Assembly (NCBI GenBank): GCA_951406725.2
Contig: OX597830.1
Location: 74,214,001 to 74,278,000 of the forward strand
Reading direction: 5' to 3'
Origin: Octopus vulgaris
Taxonomy: Eukaryota
Length of the DNA stretch: 64,000 bases
The position numbers and the translations under genes were made by a program. Under the pieces are notes generated by a model. The model did no database searches and was not told the origin of the DNA. It saw only the letters and a program-made list of their open reading frames with translations. How positions within the stretch are numbered: position 1 is the first letter of the stretch; each line of letters starts with the position of its first letter. This document shows positions 26,442 through 40,541 of the stretch, piece after piece.

Positions 26442-26934
26442 GAGAGAGAGAGAGAGAAAAAAAGGAGAGAGAGAAGAGAGAATCAGCTTTATCGACGAGA
26501 TTGACTGGTTCGTAATTTTTATCGAATTCATTTTATTAAAACGATGAAAGGTAAAATTGAAATCGGCTGCAATGGACTCAGAATATAAAGGGCCGGATGA
26601 AATGCTGCCAAGCATTTTGGCTCGATGCAGTCAACTCAGTGCATTCACAGTCGGGAGAGCGTTACAAGAGATCGATCTCTGAGTTAGATTTATACTTATT
26701 TCATCGACTCCGAAAGGATGAGAAGCGAAGTTGACCTGGGCAAGATTGAAAAGTTTAGAGTATAAAGAACCGTAACAAATACAGCAACAAATTTAATCAG
26801 ACGTTGTAACGATTTTGTCAATCTATCCATTGTTAATGAATGATATTATTGATGTCTTCCATAAACATAAAACAAAAAATTTATGACTGAGAATATTCGA
26901 TTATAATGGTTCCACTCATTATGGTTCCTGGTTT

Positions 26935-27029
26935 TAGTGGCACCTTGGGAAAGTGTCTTCTACTATAGCCTCGGGCCGACCAAAGCCTTGTGAGTGGATT
27001 TGGCAGACAGAAACTGAAAGAAGCTCGTC

Positions 27030-27092
<63 letters not shown>

Positions 27093-27312
27093 TGTTTGTG
27101 CTTGTGTGTCTGTGTTTGTACCCCCTGGCATTGCCTGACAACTGATGCTGGTGTGTTTATGTCCCCGTTACTTAGCGATTCGGCAAAAGATACCTATAGA
27201 ATAAGTACTGGGCTTACAAAAGAATAATTCCCGGTGTCGAGTTGCTCGATTAAAAGCGGTGCTCCAGCATGGCCGCAGTCAAATGACTGAAACAAGTAAA
27301 AGAGTAAAAGAG
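26935..27312 (+). mobile_element. SINE family B, 5'-truncated
   Basis: GGCACCTTGGGAAAGTGTCTT...(TA)n...GCGGTGCTCCAGCATGGCCGCAGTCAAATGACTGAAAC. Confidence 0.88.
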
Positions 27313-27666
27313 TCAATGTGCATTGAAATCCTTACTGTGTGTGTCTGTGTGCGTATATATGTGTATGTGTGTGTGTGTGTGGTATTTGAGCTCAGAACGT
27401 AAAGACGGACGAAAAGCAGCTAAGCATTATGTCCGGCGAGCTAACGATTCAGTCAACTCGCTGCCTCTAATTGATGCTGAGATGATGAAAGAAAAAGAGT
27501 GTCGTAAGTAAATACGGCCATATATATGTGAAGTAACTAATTTCCGAAAATTTTGATGTGCTGACAATAAAACTGCGATGGGAATTTGTTACACTCAGTA
27601 TAAGATACAGATAAATATACAGGTGGTAACGGTATTTTTATGTAACTAATTTTCTATCGTCCATAT

Positions 27667-27890
27667 AAGGTGGCGACTTGGCAGAAGCGTTAGCACCCCG
27701 GGCCAAATGCACAGCGGCATATTGTCTGTCCATCTTTACGTTCTGTGCTCAAATTCCGCCAAGGTCGACTTCTCCATTTATACTCTCAAGAGTAGATAAA
27801 ATAAATGCTAGTTGGACACTGAGGTCGATGTAATCGACTTACACCCTCTCCCGCACTTGCTGGCCTCGTACCAAAATCTGGAACCAATAT
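27667..27890 (+). mobile_element. SINE family A, diverged
   Basis: AAGGTGGCGACTTGGCAGAAGCGTTAGC head. Confidence 0.75.
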
Positions 27891-28253
27891 TCTATCGTCT
27901 TCTTCGGTTAGCACCATCGTTTGAACTAATGCACACCGTATGCTTGCTGTTGAAACAATTATCAAGAAATGTAAAATCTGAGAGGTTTTTGTTTTCATCG
28001 CACTCTATGTAGACCTCACCTGCTACGAGTTTCCTTAATCAGCCATCACTATCAACTAGCAAGAGCCAGAAGGACACAGAATGCAATGTAATATTTATAA
28101 GAAAAGTATATGGGCTTTCAGAACTGATTATGAAAGATTAAAGTAATTTACTTCGGTTTTCCTTTTCATTTTATTCAAGTATGAAGAGGTCATCTTAAAC
28201 GACTGAAACCGGTAGTATTTCCTTTCGGTTTCAATGATAAACTTCTCTATTCC

Positions 28254-28635
28254 AGTAAACAGAAAATGGAGAAATATTGATCAAGAACAGTTGACTTACA
28301 TCAATTATTATTTTTTAATTCAATACAAATAGACTGCACCCAATCTAACAGCTGTTCTGCTTCGAATGTTATATGGTATTACCATTGATATGCTGAAAAA
28401 TAATATTCATCATATTTAGTAATAAAACCAGTCTGGAACATGGAACTTCATCCGATCGGTTTTTACTATAAAATATAATGAATATTATTTTTTAGCATAT
28501 GAATGGCAATACCATATAACATTGGAAGCAAAAGCAGCCGTTAGATGGGATGTAGTCTATTTGTATTGAATTAAAAAATAATAATTGATGTAAGTCAGTT
28601 GTCGTTGAACAATATTTTCCCATTTTTTGTTTACT
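28254..28635. repeat. fold-back inverted repeat (~175-bp arms) next to a decayed hammerhead (28181-28218)
   Basis: 28254-28429 is the reverse complement of 28458-28635 (e.g. GACTTACATCAATTATTATTTTTTAATTCAATACAAATAGACT). Confidence 0.85.
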
Positions 28636-28757
28636 ATAAATTGGATTCCTGGTAAACTCATGTTTATCTTTGTCATATTCCTGTAATCTCTGAGCATAAT
28701 ATGCTTGCATATGTATGTCCAGGGTTAACATAGGTAACTATACCGGTAGTATAAAGA

Positions 28758-28988
28758 AGACGGCGAGCTGGCAGAAACGTTAGCGCGCCGGGCGAAATGC
28801 TTAGCGGTATTTCGTCTGTCGTTACGTTCTGAGTTCAAATTCCGCCGAGGTCGACTTTGCCTTTCATCCTCTCGGGGTCGATAAATAAAGTACCAGTTTC
28901 GCACTGGGTGGATGTAATCGACTTAATAATTTTGTCTGTCCTTGTTTGTCCCCTCTATGTTTAGCCCTTTGTGGGTAGTAAAGAAATA
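28758..28988 (+). mobile_element. SINE family A, young copy with 16-bp TSD
   Basis: TATACCGGTAGTATAA at 28739-28754 and 28989-29004. Confidence 0.93.
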
Positions 28989-29697
28989 TATACCGGTAGT
29001 ATAATGGATACTTTTATCCCTTAGACTGTTATTCCAATCTCTAACTCTACTAGCACTTTATATATATATATGTATATATATCTATATATATATAGATATA
29101 TATACATCCACACACACATACACATATATATATGTGTGTTATGTGTGCGTGTGTGGGGTAAATTTTGATTTTATATATATTTGAGGAAAATGATATTTTG
29201 GTTTCCATATTTTCAGTTTACAAATATACTAACATTCTGATATCAGGGATAAAAATTCCCGTTTTTTATTCTCACTTTTATTTCCTTCTTTCTGAACGAA
29301 ATAACATATGCTCTTGCTTGGAAATGAATAAGCTCCACGAATGGCAGCATGCAGATTGTTAAGACAGCGCCGCTACCATTCTCTCAAAAGTTAAGAGCTT
29401 AAAAACCTATATGTATAGCAGTCACACGCAAGCGATTATAACACTATAACATATACAAAACTTTCTCTAATTGTTTTAGGTGTTTATGTAGCCGTGAACA
29501 GACATAGGGATTTTCTCAGATTTTCCACCTTTAATCCCTTTTTTATTCCCACCTTTAATCACTTGAAGCAATCAGGAAATAACACCTGAAGGGAGAGAGG
29601 GCCCAACTTACATTAATATGGTTGCTAACTTTCAGTTGATTAGATTGTCAACGAGGAATGAAATCCCATACTCAACAAGAAAACGTACCGGCTGGAA

Positions 29698-29741
<44 letters not shown>

Positions 29742-29786
29742 CATATGTATATATGTATGTATGTACGTATATATATATATATATAT

Positions 29787-29822
<36 letters not shown>

Positions 29823-30569
29823 TTGTTTCAAGCATTTGACTGCGTCTATGCCTTAAAGGGTTTTAGTCGAACAAAGAACAAATCTAACCCAGGAGTTAGT
29901 TTTTAAGAGTAGTACTTAATCTATCGTTGTTTTTGCAGCACTGCCAAGTTGTGAGGACGTAAACACACCAACAATGGTTGTCAAGCGTAATGGGGCAGGA
30001 GGCAAACACAAGCAAAACACACAGACACACACACACACACACACAAAATATACCCACCCATATATATTTATATACGACGGGCTTTACATATATATATTAA
30101 AATAATTATTTGAGGGAATATTAATCCTAACTTACAGGGAAAAAATTCAATTTAGAAATACTAAATCAAAATTTCACACAATATAATATATAATATATAT
30201 ATAAACAGAGAGAGGGGATAGAGTGAGAGAGATATAGATAGATATAAATATAGTTACATATAGATAGATAGGAAATTATATATAGATATACATGCGTTTG
30301 TGTGTATGTGTATTTGTCGTGTGTGTGTGTGTGGGTGTGTGCTTAGACGTGTCTGTAGGAACGACCCTCCTGTTTTCTCTAAAAAAAAAAAAAAAAAAAC
30401 TTGTTTACACCAAAACTAAAATGAACTATTTTAGAGGTTATGAGAACTGACTCAGACATAATAACAACATACACCTCCCATTCCAGTAATCTTTCACTGA
30501 CGAATTTCACGCATGCACCACCACAGTCACACCGCCACTCACACCGACATCCGTACATCAACACACCCA

Positions 30570-30853
<284 letters not shown>

Positions 30854-31504
30854 CAGGTAGATATTATAGACAATCAAATCTCCCACCTTGTTTACGCCGA
30901 TGCCGATCAAACTTCAAAGGCAACAGAAGCGCAACAACAACAAGTGAAAATATGAATGTAAAAACAACAAAACAATACAAAAAGAAAACACAAAAAAAAA
31001 CCAAAACAAGGGAACTTGAAATTTCAAAGAACCAGACGATATGACAAATTTGTCTGATTGTGTGCGTCATTTATGTGTCTTAACCTTTGGAGTATATAGG
31101 TGGGGGGTATATGTGCTTGTGTTACCTTCTGGGTGTCTGGGTGTGCTTGTCCTCGTGTATGTGTACGTATTAGTATGTGATAATGTGAGATAAACAAGTA
31201 GAAAAAAAGAGAAGCTGAAAATTTTGATGAGTGCTGTTTATTGTTTTACTGTTGATATTATTCTTGGTTAACACCAAGTAAGCCACTATAGGATATATAT
31301 CTATGATTGAAGGGATTCCGAGTCATGAACAACCCGTTTAATTAATTACAGTATATCCAGAACTATACTACGCTATATCCAGAACAATATCTGTTATCCA
31401 ACTAGCCGATGTTTTCAGAGAAAAAAGATCTATACGCGTCAAATATTTCAATTAATTTAAAATATTGAATAAAGATTGAGAAATGGTGAAACAAATATTG
31501 ATTT

Positions 31505-31929
31505 CAAATTTTGGAACAATGCCAGCAACTTCGGGAGAATAGATAAATCAATTACATCGAGTCCAATGATCAGCTGGTATCGTATTTTATCAATCCCGAA
31601 TGGATAGAAGGCACTGTCGAATTCGGTGGTATTTGAACTCAGAACGTGGAAGACGTGCTAATGATTCTGCAAGCTCGCCGCCTTAAGAATTAAATATATT
31701 TCTTTACTACCCACAAGGGGCTAAACATAGAGGGGACAAACAAGGACAGACAAAGGGATTAAGTCGATTACATCGACCCCAGTGGGTAACTGGTACTTAA
31801 TTTATCGACCCCGAAAGGATGAAAGGCAAAGTCGACCTCGGCGGAATTTGAACTCAGAACGTAACGACAGACGAAATACCGCTAAGCATTTCGCCCGGCG
31901 CGCTAACGTTTCTGCCAGCTCGCCGCCTT
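31505..31929 (-). mobile_element. two adjacent SINE family A copies (old 31505-31684, young 31697-31929)
   Basis: The young copy is flanked by TTAAGAATTAAATA at 31683-31696 and 31928-31941. Confidence 0.88.
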
Positions 31930-32237
31930 AAGAATTAAATACTAAGAATTACTTCTCCATTACTCAAATGAAAAGATAGAATGAGAAGAATTCTTTAAAA
32001 ACAACTCCTAAAAATTCGAAGACATCATTGAACGGGAAAGATCTCAGTCCCAATGTTTAAAGAGCGGTACCCAAGTCTAAGAATATAGAATACAAAAGCT
32101 ATATGGTATTTTATGGCTTACAAAACATACACCCGTTTCGCTAAATTTACAAGCAAAATTGCTTGATGAAAATTATGCAATTTTATTAAGTAGTCAGTTA
32201 CCATCCACAGAATTTTGCTAACTCTGTTATATGTGTG

Positions 32238-32286
<49 letters not shown>

Positions 32287-32289
<3 letters not shown>

Positions 32290-32598
32290 AAATATTAAGG
32301 AATAAATTCAAACTTACAGGGAAAAATCAGATTTAGGATTGAATCCAATTTTATAGTAAAATATTATATTATATTAAATTAGAGATAAAACCACTATTAG
32401 GCAAATCCTACAATGAAAAACTTAAGCCAATACATAAGATTAATTAATTTATATTATTTAAATATATATCAAAATTATTAAAAAAGATAATTAATATAAC
32501 ACTACGATCGTTTCATGGCTGTTCAATTCTTAAAATTTTCGAGTTACAGTCATTCTTCAGGTGGTTTAAATATTTAACTTGGCGAGGTTTAATCAATC
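32287..32598 (-). mobile_element. TA-flanked hammerhead-bearing insert
   Basis: (TA)n on both sides; a related truncated copy lies at ~30097-30190 (AACTTACAGGGAAAAA). Confidence 0.7.
32500..32563 (-). ncRNA. type I hammerhead ribozyme
   Basis: Minus strand CAC-CUGAAGA-AUGACUGU...ACAGCCAU-GAAAC-GAUC-GUA-GUG; stem III is the palindrome ACGAUCGU. Confidence 0.75.
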
Positions 32599-33044
32599 TA
32601 TATATATACATACACACACACATACTCACACACATATTCACACATGTATGCATACGAACACTTATATGTCTACATAGAAACATGTGTGTACGTGTATGTT
32701 TGTGCATAATCATGGAAAATAGATAACGAAAACCACTGTTTCTTTGATAATGTTCTTTGCGATATGTTTTGTGGAACCGAGGCCTCCAATTATGAAATTC
32801 AGTGAGCTATGTGTCCATTAGAAAATCGGAATTTGTTGGGACAGACACAAAAAGAGTTCCGCCTACGGTCTAAAACAAAAAAAATAAGAAGAACACATTA
32901 GGTAATGTAGACTTAGATGACTTATACCAAAACGAAATAGAAAAATGTCAAAAAGTGGGATAGTCGTGCCCAGAATATCTATGATATGAAGATAATATAC
33001 TTGTACGATTATCATCGATTTGGAGCTCGATATACTTTGTAGTA

Positions 33045-33245
33045 TAGACACAAAGCTTGAAATTTCGGGAAAGAATTTAAGTCGATTTAATCGATCGCAG
33101 TCCATAACTGGTATTTATTTCATCAACCCGAAAGGATGAAAAACGAAATCGACCTCGACTTCATCTGAACTCAGAACGTAAAGGCGGACGAAATATTGCT
33201 AAGCATTTTTTTTCGACGTTCTAGCGATTCTGTCGGCTCACTGCT
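33045..33245 (-). mobile_element. SINE family A
   Basis: Reverse-complement match to the family A consensus. Confidence 0.8.
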
Positions 33246-33794
33246 TTTTTTCTTTGGACATGGTGCCACTGGTGGTAATGAGTTAAATATCAATAAATAG
33301 ATGTAGTATTTTCTATAATGCCAATGGGAAAAACTCAGAACCTCTTGGAGTGGTAGTGTATAACAATTTTGTTAAAAAGAAAAAGAAAAAATAACCTACG
33401 AAAAACTCAACTTCCTGAGAGGTTCTGCGCTCAAGATATTGTTCACCTGCTTTTAATCAATGCAATAACTATATTTTTTTTTCATTTCAATACTTGTTTA
33501 CTTTCGACTTTCACATCCATGCAGCCGGTATTATTGATATTCCGCAAAATAATAAAAAAAAAAAATAATTCAAATGTCTGGATCGAATTAATCGCCTAAA
33601 CATCCTTGTCTTACAAAATTCAAATTCAGACACAACAATGTTAGAAAACAAGTTAAGAGGCGAAATAAATGGAAAAAAGAACAGAAGAAGAAAGAAAGAA
33701 AAAGGAAAACCAATTGAAATGCAGATATGGTGATATATTAGCTGTTAGCTATTGAAGTTTTAATAATTTTTTCGCTGCACAATTATCGCATTAG

Positions 33795-33835
<41 letters not shown>

Positions 33836-34041
33836 ATGTGCATATGCTTATATGAGGCACAGGTGTGTCTGTGTGGCAAGAAGCTTGCTTTTGAAACGCA
33901 TGGTTCTACGTTATGTCCCCCTGCGTGACACCTTGAACAAATGTCTACTACCATAACCTCGGGCCGACCGTAGACCTGTGAGTTGATTTGGTATATGGAA
34001 ACAAACAGAAATTTGTCTTAGGTGTGTCTGTGTGTGTGTGC

Positions 34042-34094
<53 letters not shown>

Positions 34095-34179
34095 CATACA
34101 TACATACATGCATACATACATACAAATATATACTGGTATGTAATGTATATGTATATAAATGTGTGTAAGTATGTGTGCT

Positions 34180-34640
34180 TTTTCCACAAAGGTGTGGAGT
34201 GAAAGCGTTTGAGGAGGCCAGGATAATATATGCAAGACTCAAGAGAGTTTTGAAGAAAAATGTTGCGGTCGGGAAGGTGAATTTCAGTGACCTTTTCGTG
34301 TGCACAGTTTGTGACAGACAATGCCTTTCTTACGCTGCGCTCAAATATATGCGGACCCATGAAGAACGAAGCTCCACCAACTCTTCTGCCTATATATCTG
34401 TGCACACCTTTCAATGAGGTACATGCCATAAGGTCTTCAAATCTAACAGAGGCCTTAAAAGGCATTTTTAGATCCACAAAGATCAGAACTTGCCTGTAAC
34501 TTTTGGTGGTCCAAATCGAATATGCAATTTATGTGGGTGTCTTTTCAATACATTGTCTGGTTTAAAGAGCCACATTAGAAGCCATGATAGTGTAGGTAAA
34601 GGAGGTGGTCAGACTTTGCATAAGGAGTAGACAACTACTA
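34180..34640 (+). mobile_element. RTE-clade LINE 3' end with three decayed C2H2 zinc fingers
   Basis: One frame with two internal stops: [10 protein letters not shown]...FVCTVCDRQCLSYAALKYMRTH...FQ*GTCHKVFKSNRGLKRHF*IH...ICNLCGCLFNTLSGLKSHIRSH; (ACT)n-like tail into (TA)n. Confidence 0.75.
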
Positions 34641-34803
34641 TATATATATATATATATATATTTCAGTAAAATAATTAAGATTCAAATGAATTCAAATGAA
34701 TGTGGTACTTAACTTAGATGCACCAGAAATCTTTATGGTATTAACCATAAAATAATGTGGGGTGATTATAAACAGGAAAAAAGCAACAAGAATGGATTAG
34801 TTG

Positions 34804-34891
34804 TTCAGTACAATTGTTCATACGAAGAACTGGTTTATTTAAAACTGCAAATATTGCAGTAAATACAAGTGTCCCGTATTCATCAGCCAAA
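34804..34891 (-). ncRNA. type I hammerhead with a 1-nt deletion in GAAA
   Basis: Minus strand UUUGG-CUGAUGA-AUACGGG...UUCGUAU-GAAC-AAUU-GUA-CUGAA; the paralogue at 58791-58893 keeps GAAACAAUUGUA. Confidence 0.65.
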
Positions 34892-35674
34892 ACACATATG
34901 AGTTTTCCAAACATCCTAGGGGGTGAGGCTACACTCATGAAGTATCGAAGAGAGTTCTATGAAAAGCAAAGTTAGATTCTAAGCAGACTTAAAATGTTTT
35001 CTAATGATGCACAGTTTTATAAAAGGTTTTTAAAAAGATTGTTAGCTTCTCAGAAAAGGTAACTCCATCCATAATAATGCAGGTGTAATTTCCGGAGATA
35101 TGAGGAAAGATTTTATTCACAGAGAAGATGAATATATCCATAATAATGCAGATGTAATTTCCTGATATATGAGGAAAAGATGTTGTTCCCACATCTATTC
35201 ATTTCATTGTGAAATGAATAGACGTGTGAACAACACATCTGAAGAAAGTAGCATTAATTTTCTTAGGTCGTTCAATTTTTCTCAGTTGATCAATTGACCA
35301 ATTCAGTAATCCTATTAATAATATACCTATAATGACTAATACTGGAAACAGCTGTAAGCGAAATTTGCTTCAATAAAGGAAAAAGTTATGCTACAAGACC
35401 ATTATTTTTAATTTGTATCTTTTTTATATATCACTCTGTGTAATAACCAGTTTGTATGGACCCTGTCAACGGATTGGCAATGTAGAATTTTGATGAAGCG
35501 TAATCTTGGTAGCTGCCCCCCAAAATACCTGGATTTCTTTACAAATCTAAATGATATTATTAGCCTGGTGTGGAGACCTTATGAAGTATTTTGCTCGTAT
35601 TAATAATTCCTCACTTCTACTCACGCAAGCACAAACACACACAATCACAGACAAACACACTCACACATATATAG

Positions 35675-35835
35675 CTGGAATTTACAGAAAAACAAAAGAC
35701 GAAGGTGTGTGAACAACAAGGAGGCATGTTAGTTTGAAGCCTGGGAAAGTGAGTCTTTTACGTTTCGAGTCTACGCTATTCAACAGAAACGAATAAGAGA
35801 AAATAGAATAAGAATAAAAAATACTTTGTGGTTAT
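35675..35835 (-). mobile_element. copy of the minimal-hammerhead repeat (motif 35755-35790, decayed)
   Basis: GTCTTTTACGTTTCGAGTCTACGCTATTCAACAGAAA matches 3303-3339. Confidence 0.6.
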
Positions 35836-35837
35836 AA

Positions 35838-35968
<131 letters not shown>

Positions 35969-36724
35969 CATATATATGTATATATATATATATGCATATA
36001 CGAATTAGTAATCAAAATTTATTCAATATTAAACATTTCTCAATGTGTATATAACAATCTGATAAGAACAAATGAGTTACAGAAACAAAAAAGTAACGAA
36101 ACAGAACAGAAGACAACAGAATAAGCCTATGGCTGATTTTGATGCATTTCACATATCATGAACATGACGTAAATCTGTTTGAACAGAGAAAAACATGCGC
36201 AGAACCTTCGGCATGTAATAAATGACAAATGCTATTTTAATTCACGCTTACCACACATATTTACATATTCGTAATCTTTGCATTCATAGGAGAGAATATT
36301 AGTCGTCGACTTTATCTTGTATTCAAAAATTTATTTTCTTCTTTGCTGAGCGCTTCCTTTAGGTGATACAGTTGATGATTCTGCAAACCAATTCTTTTTC
36401 TTTTTTCTGATATTTATAATCGTATAGAGTGTTCATAATACTGATGGGACCATTAGCTTCCCGTTTTCTCATTTTGCATCATAATTTTGAAGTATTTTGC
36501 TTAATATTTTTACTTGCGATTGATTGGAAACTTAAAGTCTGATAGTTCAATTACAATATTTTGGGTAAAGAGTTATGCAATTACAACAATCTTATGACTG
36601 TTAATTTAGTGATATCTTAAATATAATATCATTCAAAATTTTCCGCTTAATACTCATCGATAGATTTGAGGAAGGGAAAATCCTTCGAGTTCGATAATTT
36701 CACTATTTTATTTAAATAATAATA

Positions 36725-36930
36725 TTGGTTTCACAAAGCCAGCAAATTTGGGGTAGAGGTTAAGTCGGTTATATTGACCTCTGTAATAAACAGGTACATA
36801 TTTTATCGACCCCGAAAGGGAGAAAAGCAAATTGGACTTCTGCGGAATTTGAGCTGGTAATGTAAGGACTGACGAAATGCTGCTAAGCATTATCTGCGTC
36901 CTGTTAACGGTTCTGCCAGTTCGCTGCCTT
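36725..36930 (-). mobile_element. SINE family A, diverged
   Basis: Reverse-complement match to the family A consensus. Confidence 0.78.
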
Positions 36931-37009
36931 ATATTGAAATAATAATATAGTGTTTGCAACTTTCATTATCATTGTAGTTCTTGTACAGGAATTAACGATG
37001 GAGGAAAAC

Positions 37010-37040
<31 letters not shown>

Positions 37041-37179
37041 TGTATGTATGTATGTATGTATGTATGTATGTATCGATGCATATATCGATGGATGCTTGTA
37101 TGTATGCAAGTACGTATATATGTATATATGTATATATGCATGTTTGTACGTATGTATGCATATTTGTATATATGTACTG

Positions 37180-37230
<51 letters not shown>

Positions 37231-37247
37231 ATCTATCTATCTATCTA

Positions 37248-37313
<66 letters not shown>

Positions 37314-37496
37314 AGATGAAAGCCCTTTCCGGAGGCATTAGCTATTGATGCTGATTTCCCAGATTTCCCAGATTCTTGGGTAAATATATCTGTTAAAATA
37401 AGTTGTCAGTGTTATTTTCATTTTTGCGTAATTTAGACGACAATATATTCACCGCACCCCGTACATTACTCAAGGCTGTTTATGTCAATTTTTAGC

Positions 37497-37527
<31 letters not shown>

Positions 37528-38126
37528 CACACATATATGTATATATATATATATATATGTACATATATATATCCATATATATGTATATATATAGATATAT
37601 AAATAAAAGAATAAATATATATATATTCATATAGATATATAGATATATAATATATAATACATAAATATATATATGCATACATATATATCAAAGAGTTGAG
37701 CCTACCTCAAAGGATACGCATCGCTACTATGAATATTCACCTGCAACTTAACTCAATCAATGAGTAAATTTTTATGTAATACTTATCTTCATTTGCGTAT
37801 TTGTGCTGTAGACTACTTGTGTTAGAAGTCGTGTATATTTAAGAACTGAAATATATTTAAATATTAGAAAGTTATTATCAACCTGTCAATGTATAAACAA
37901 TGGTATGTACAGCATTTTTTATACACAATAAAGCATATGTAGAGAGACACATATCAGCATATATAGTAATATTAGTACTATTTCATCAAATATAGATACA
38001 GAGATGCGTAGATACGTACACTGCACATGGAAAGATACAGGTACAAACATATACATATGCAGTTACATATGGACACAGGTTAAAATTCGTTTCTGCACGT
38101 GTATATATAGGTATGTATGTATGTAT

Positions 38127-38169
<43 letters not shown>

Positions 38170-38232
38170 ATGTATATACACACACACATATACATATTTA
38201 TATACTTACATATAATTACATTAATATATATG

Positions 38233-38267
<35 letters not shown>

Positions 38268-38379
38268 TAATTGTCATACATCTGTATACTTTTTGATATA
38301 TACATATATCTTTATACAGATATACATGAAAATACAAAAGTATATTTATATAAAATGCATATATATACGTATATGTAAT

Positions 38380-38436
<57 letters not shown>

Positions 38437-38474
38437 TATGTATATATTTATACATATATATATGTATATATATA

Positions 38475-38541
<67 letters not shown>

Positions 38542-38670
38542 ATAATAAGTTGATTCATTGATAAACACACTGACAGACAAATAGATAGTTTCATAGATAG
38601 TTAGATAAATAGATAAAAAGATAGATATATAGACAGACCAAGATATAGACTGATGCGTATGTGTGCGTGT

Positions 38671-38704
<34 letters not shown>

Positions 38705-39035
38705 TTGTGTGTCAGTATGCGTAAACGAACAAATAAACAAATATATGACGTTGGGCACAAATGTGTGCGTGGGTTTACGATTATCTCTGTCTTCTTGTCT
38801 GTGCGGCGAAGGAGCCCATTCACGTATGTCAGTGACGAGTATCGAGGTAAAGGACCATAAATCTAAGATTGGCACCTACCATGACTAATCCAGAAATGGT
38901 TTAGTCCCCAGGTTGCAGTTAACTTTCACGATCAGCCATGAATACTTTTTTAACAATTTTATGGGCAATTTTTTGGGCAACCCAATAGCGTGTCGTCTCG
39001 ATTTCACGCTACACGGTTTGCTATTCCCTTTCCGG

Positions 39036-39194
<159 letters not shown>

Positions 39195-39423
39195 TTATGT
39201 GTATATATACACATATATATATATACATATATATATATGTATATATACACATAAATATACATATATACATATATATATACATAATAGATATATATATACA
39301 TAGATATATATTTATATATATTTATATGTATGACTGTATAATACGTCTATGAATTTATATGTATATAACATAGTGTGTGTAGGTACGTGAGGTTTATGTT
39401 TATATATATATACATACACGAAA

Positions 39424-39470
<47 letters not shown>

Positions 39471-39648
39471 CATATAATATGCATGTTTTCGTGAGTTTAT
39501 ACGTGTAATGTACATATTCATCTACATGCATGCACGTGCCCCAGCATGGCCACAGCTCGTGAGCTGAAACTAGATAAAATAAGATATACAGCCTATAGAC
39601 ATACAATTATAGATACTTATGTATGTGTATATATAAATATACACACAC

Positions 39649-39736
<88 letters not shown>

Positions 39737-40455
39737 AACGTATGAATGTATGTATGCATGCATGTATGCATGTATCTATGTATATTGTTAACTATATTTT
39801 TATAAATACTTTTGCAGGGAAAAATTTTCGGGAGCTAGACTTAATTATACTATCAACATTAATATTCGCTCTGAATACTTCAATTTATTTGCTTTTGACT
39901 CTCAGGTATACAATATACATACCTGTACACATACACTGGCACTCGAAAGCGACCGGGTCTATATATACGTTTGGAAATACTTGTATACGAGTATGTGACT
40001 AATATGTATAAAATCATGTGTGTGAGTATAAATATATGTATACATAATTATATACGCGCATGAATATATATGTATGCACTCATATGCAATAGATTATACG
40101 CGCACTTGCATAACAATATAAAATATCTTAATTAAGGATAATTGTCTAGCACTCCAAATGAACAGTGGTCGTGATTATTTTAATTAAATGTAGTTTTGCG
40201 AAATTCATGTATTTGTTTAATAACATGATGTGCTCACATTTGTATTTGTTTGAATGTATATATATATATATATATATACATACACGCTGCTGGTGAGAAT
40301 CATAATCCAGTTTGTCACACCTTGCCGATGTACGGTTTGTGAATATTTTGCAGGTGTAACAACAACACATTATTATACCTTTGGTATTCGTGTACTACTG
40401 TTTTCAACCTTCTCTTATATTTTTGTGCTCATTCGTATGTGTGTACATACATACA

Positions 40456-40541
<86 letters not shown>

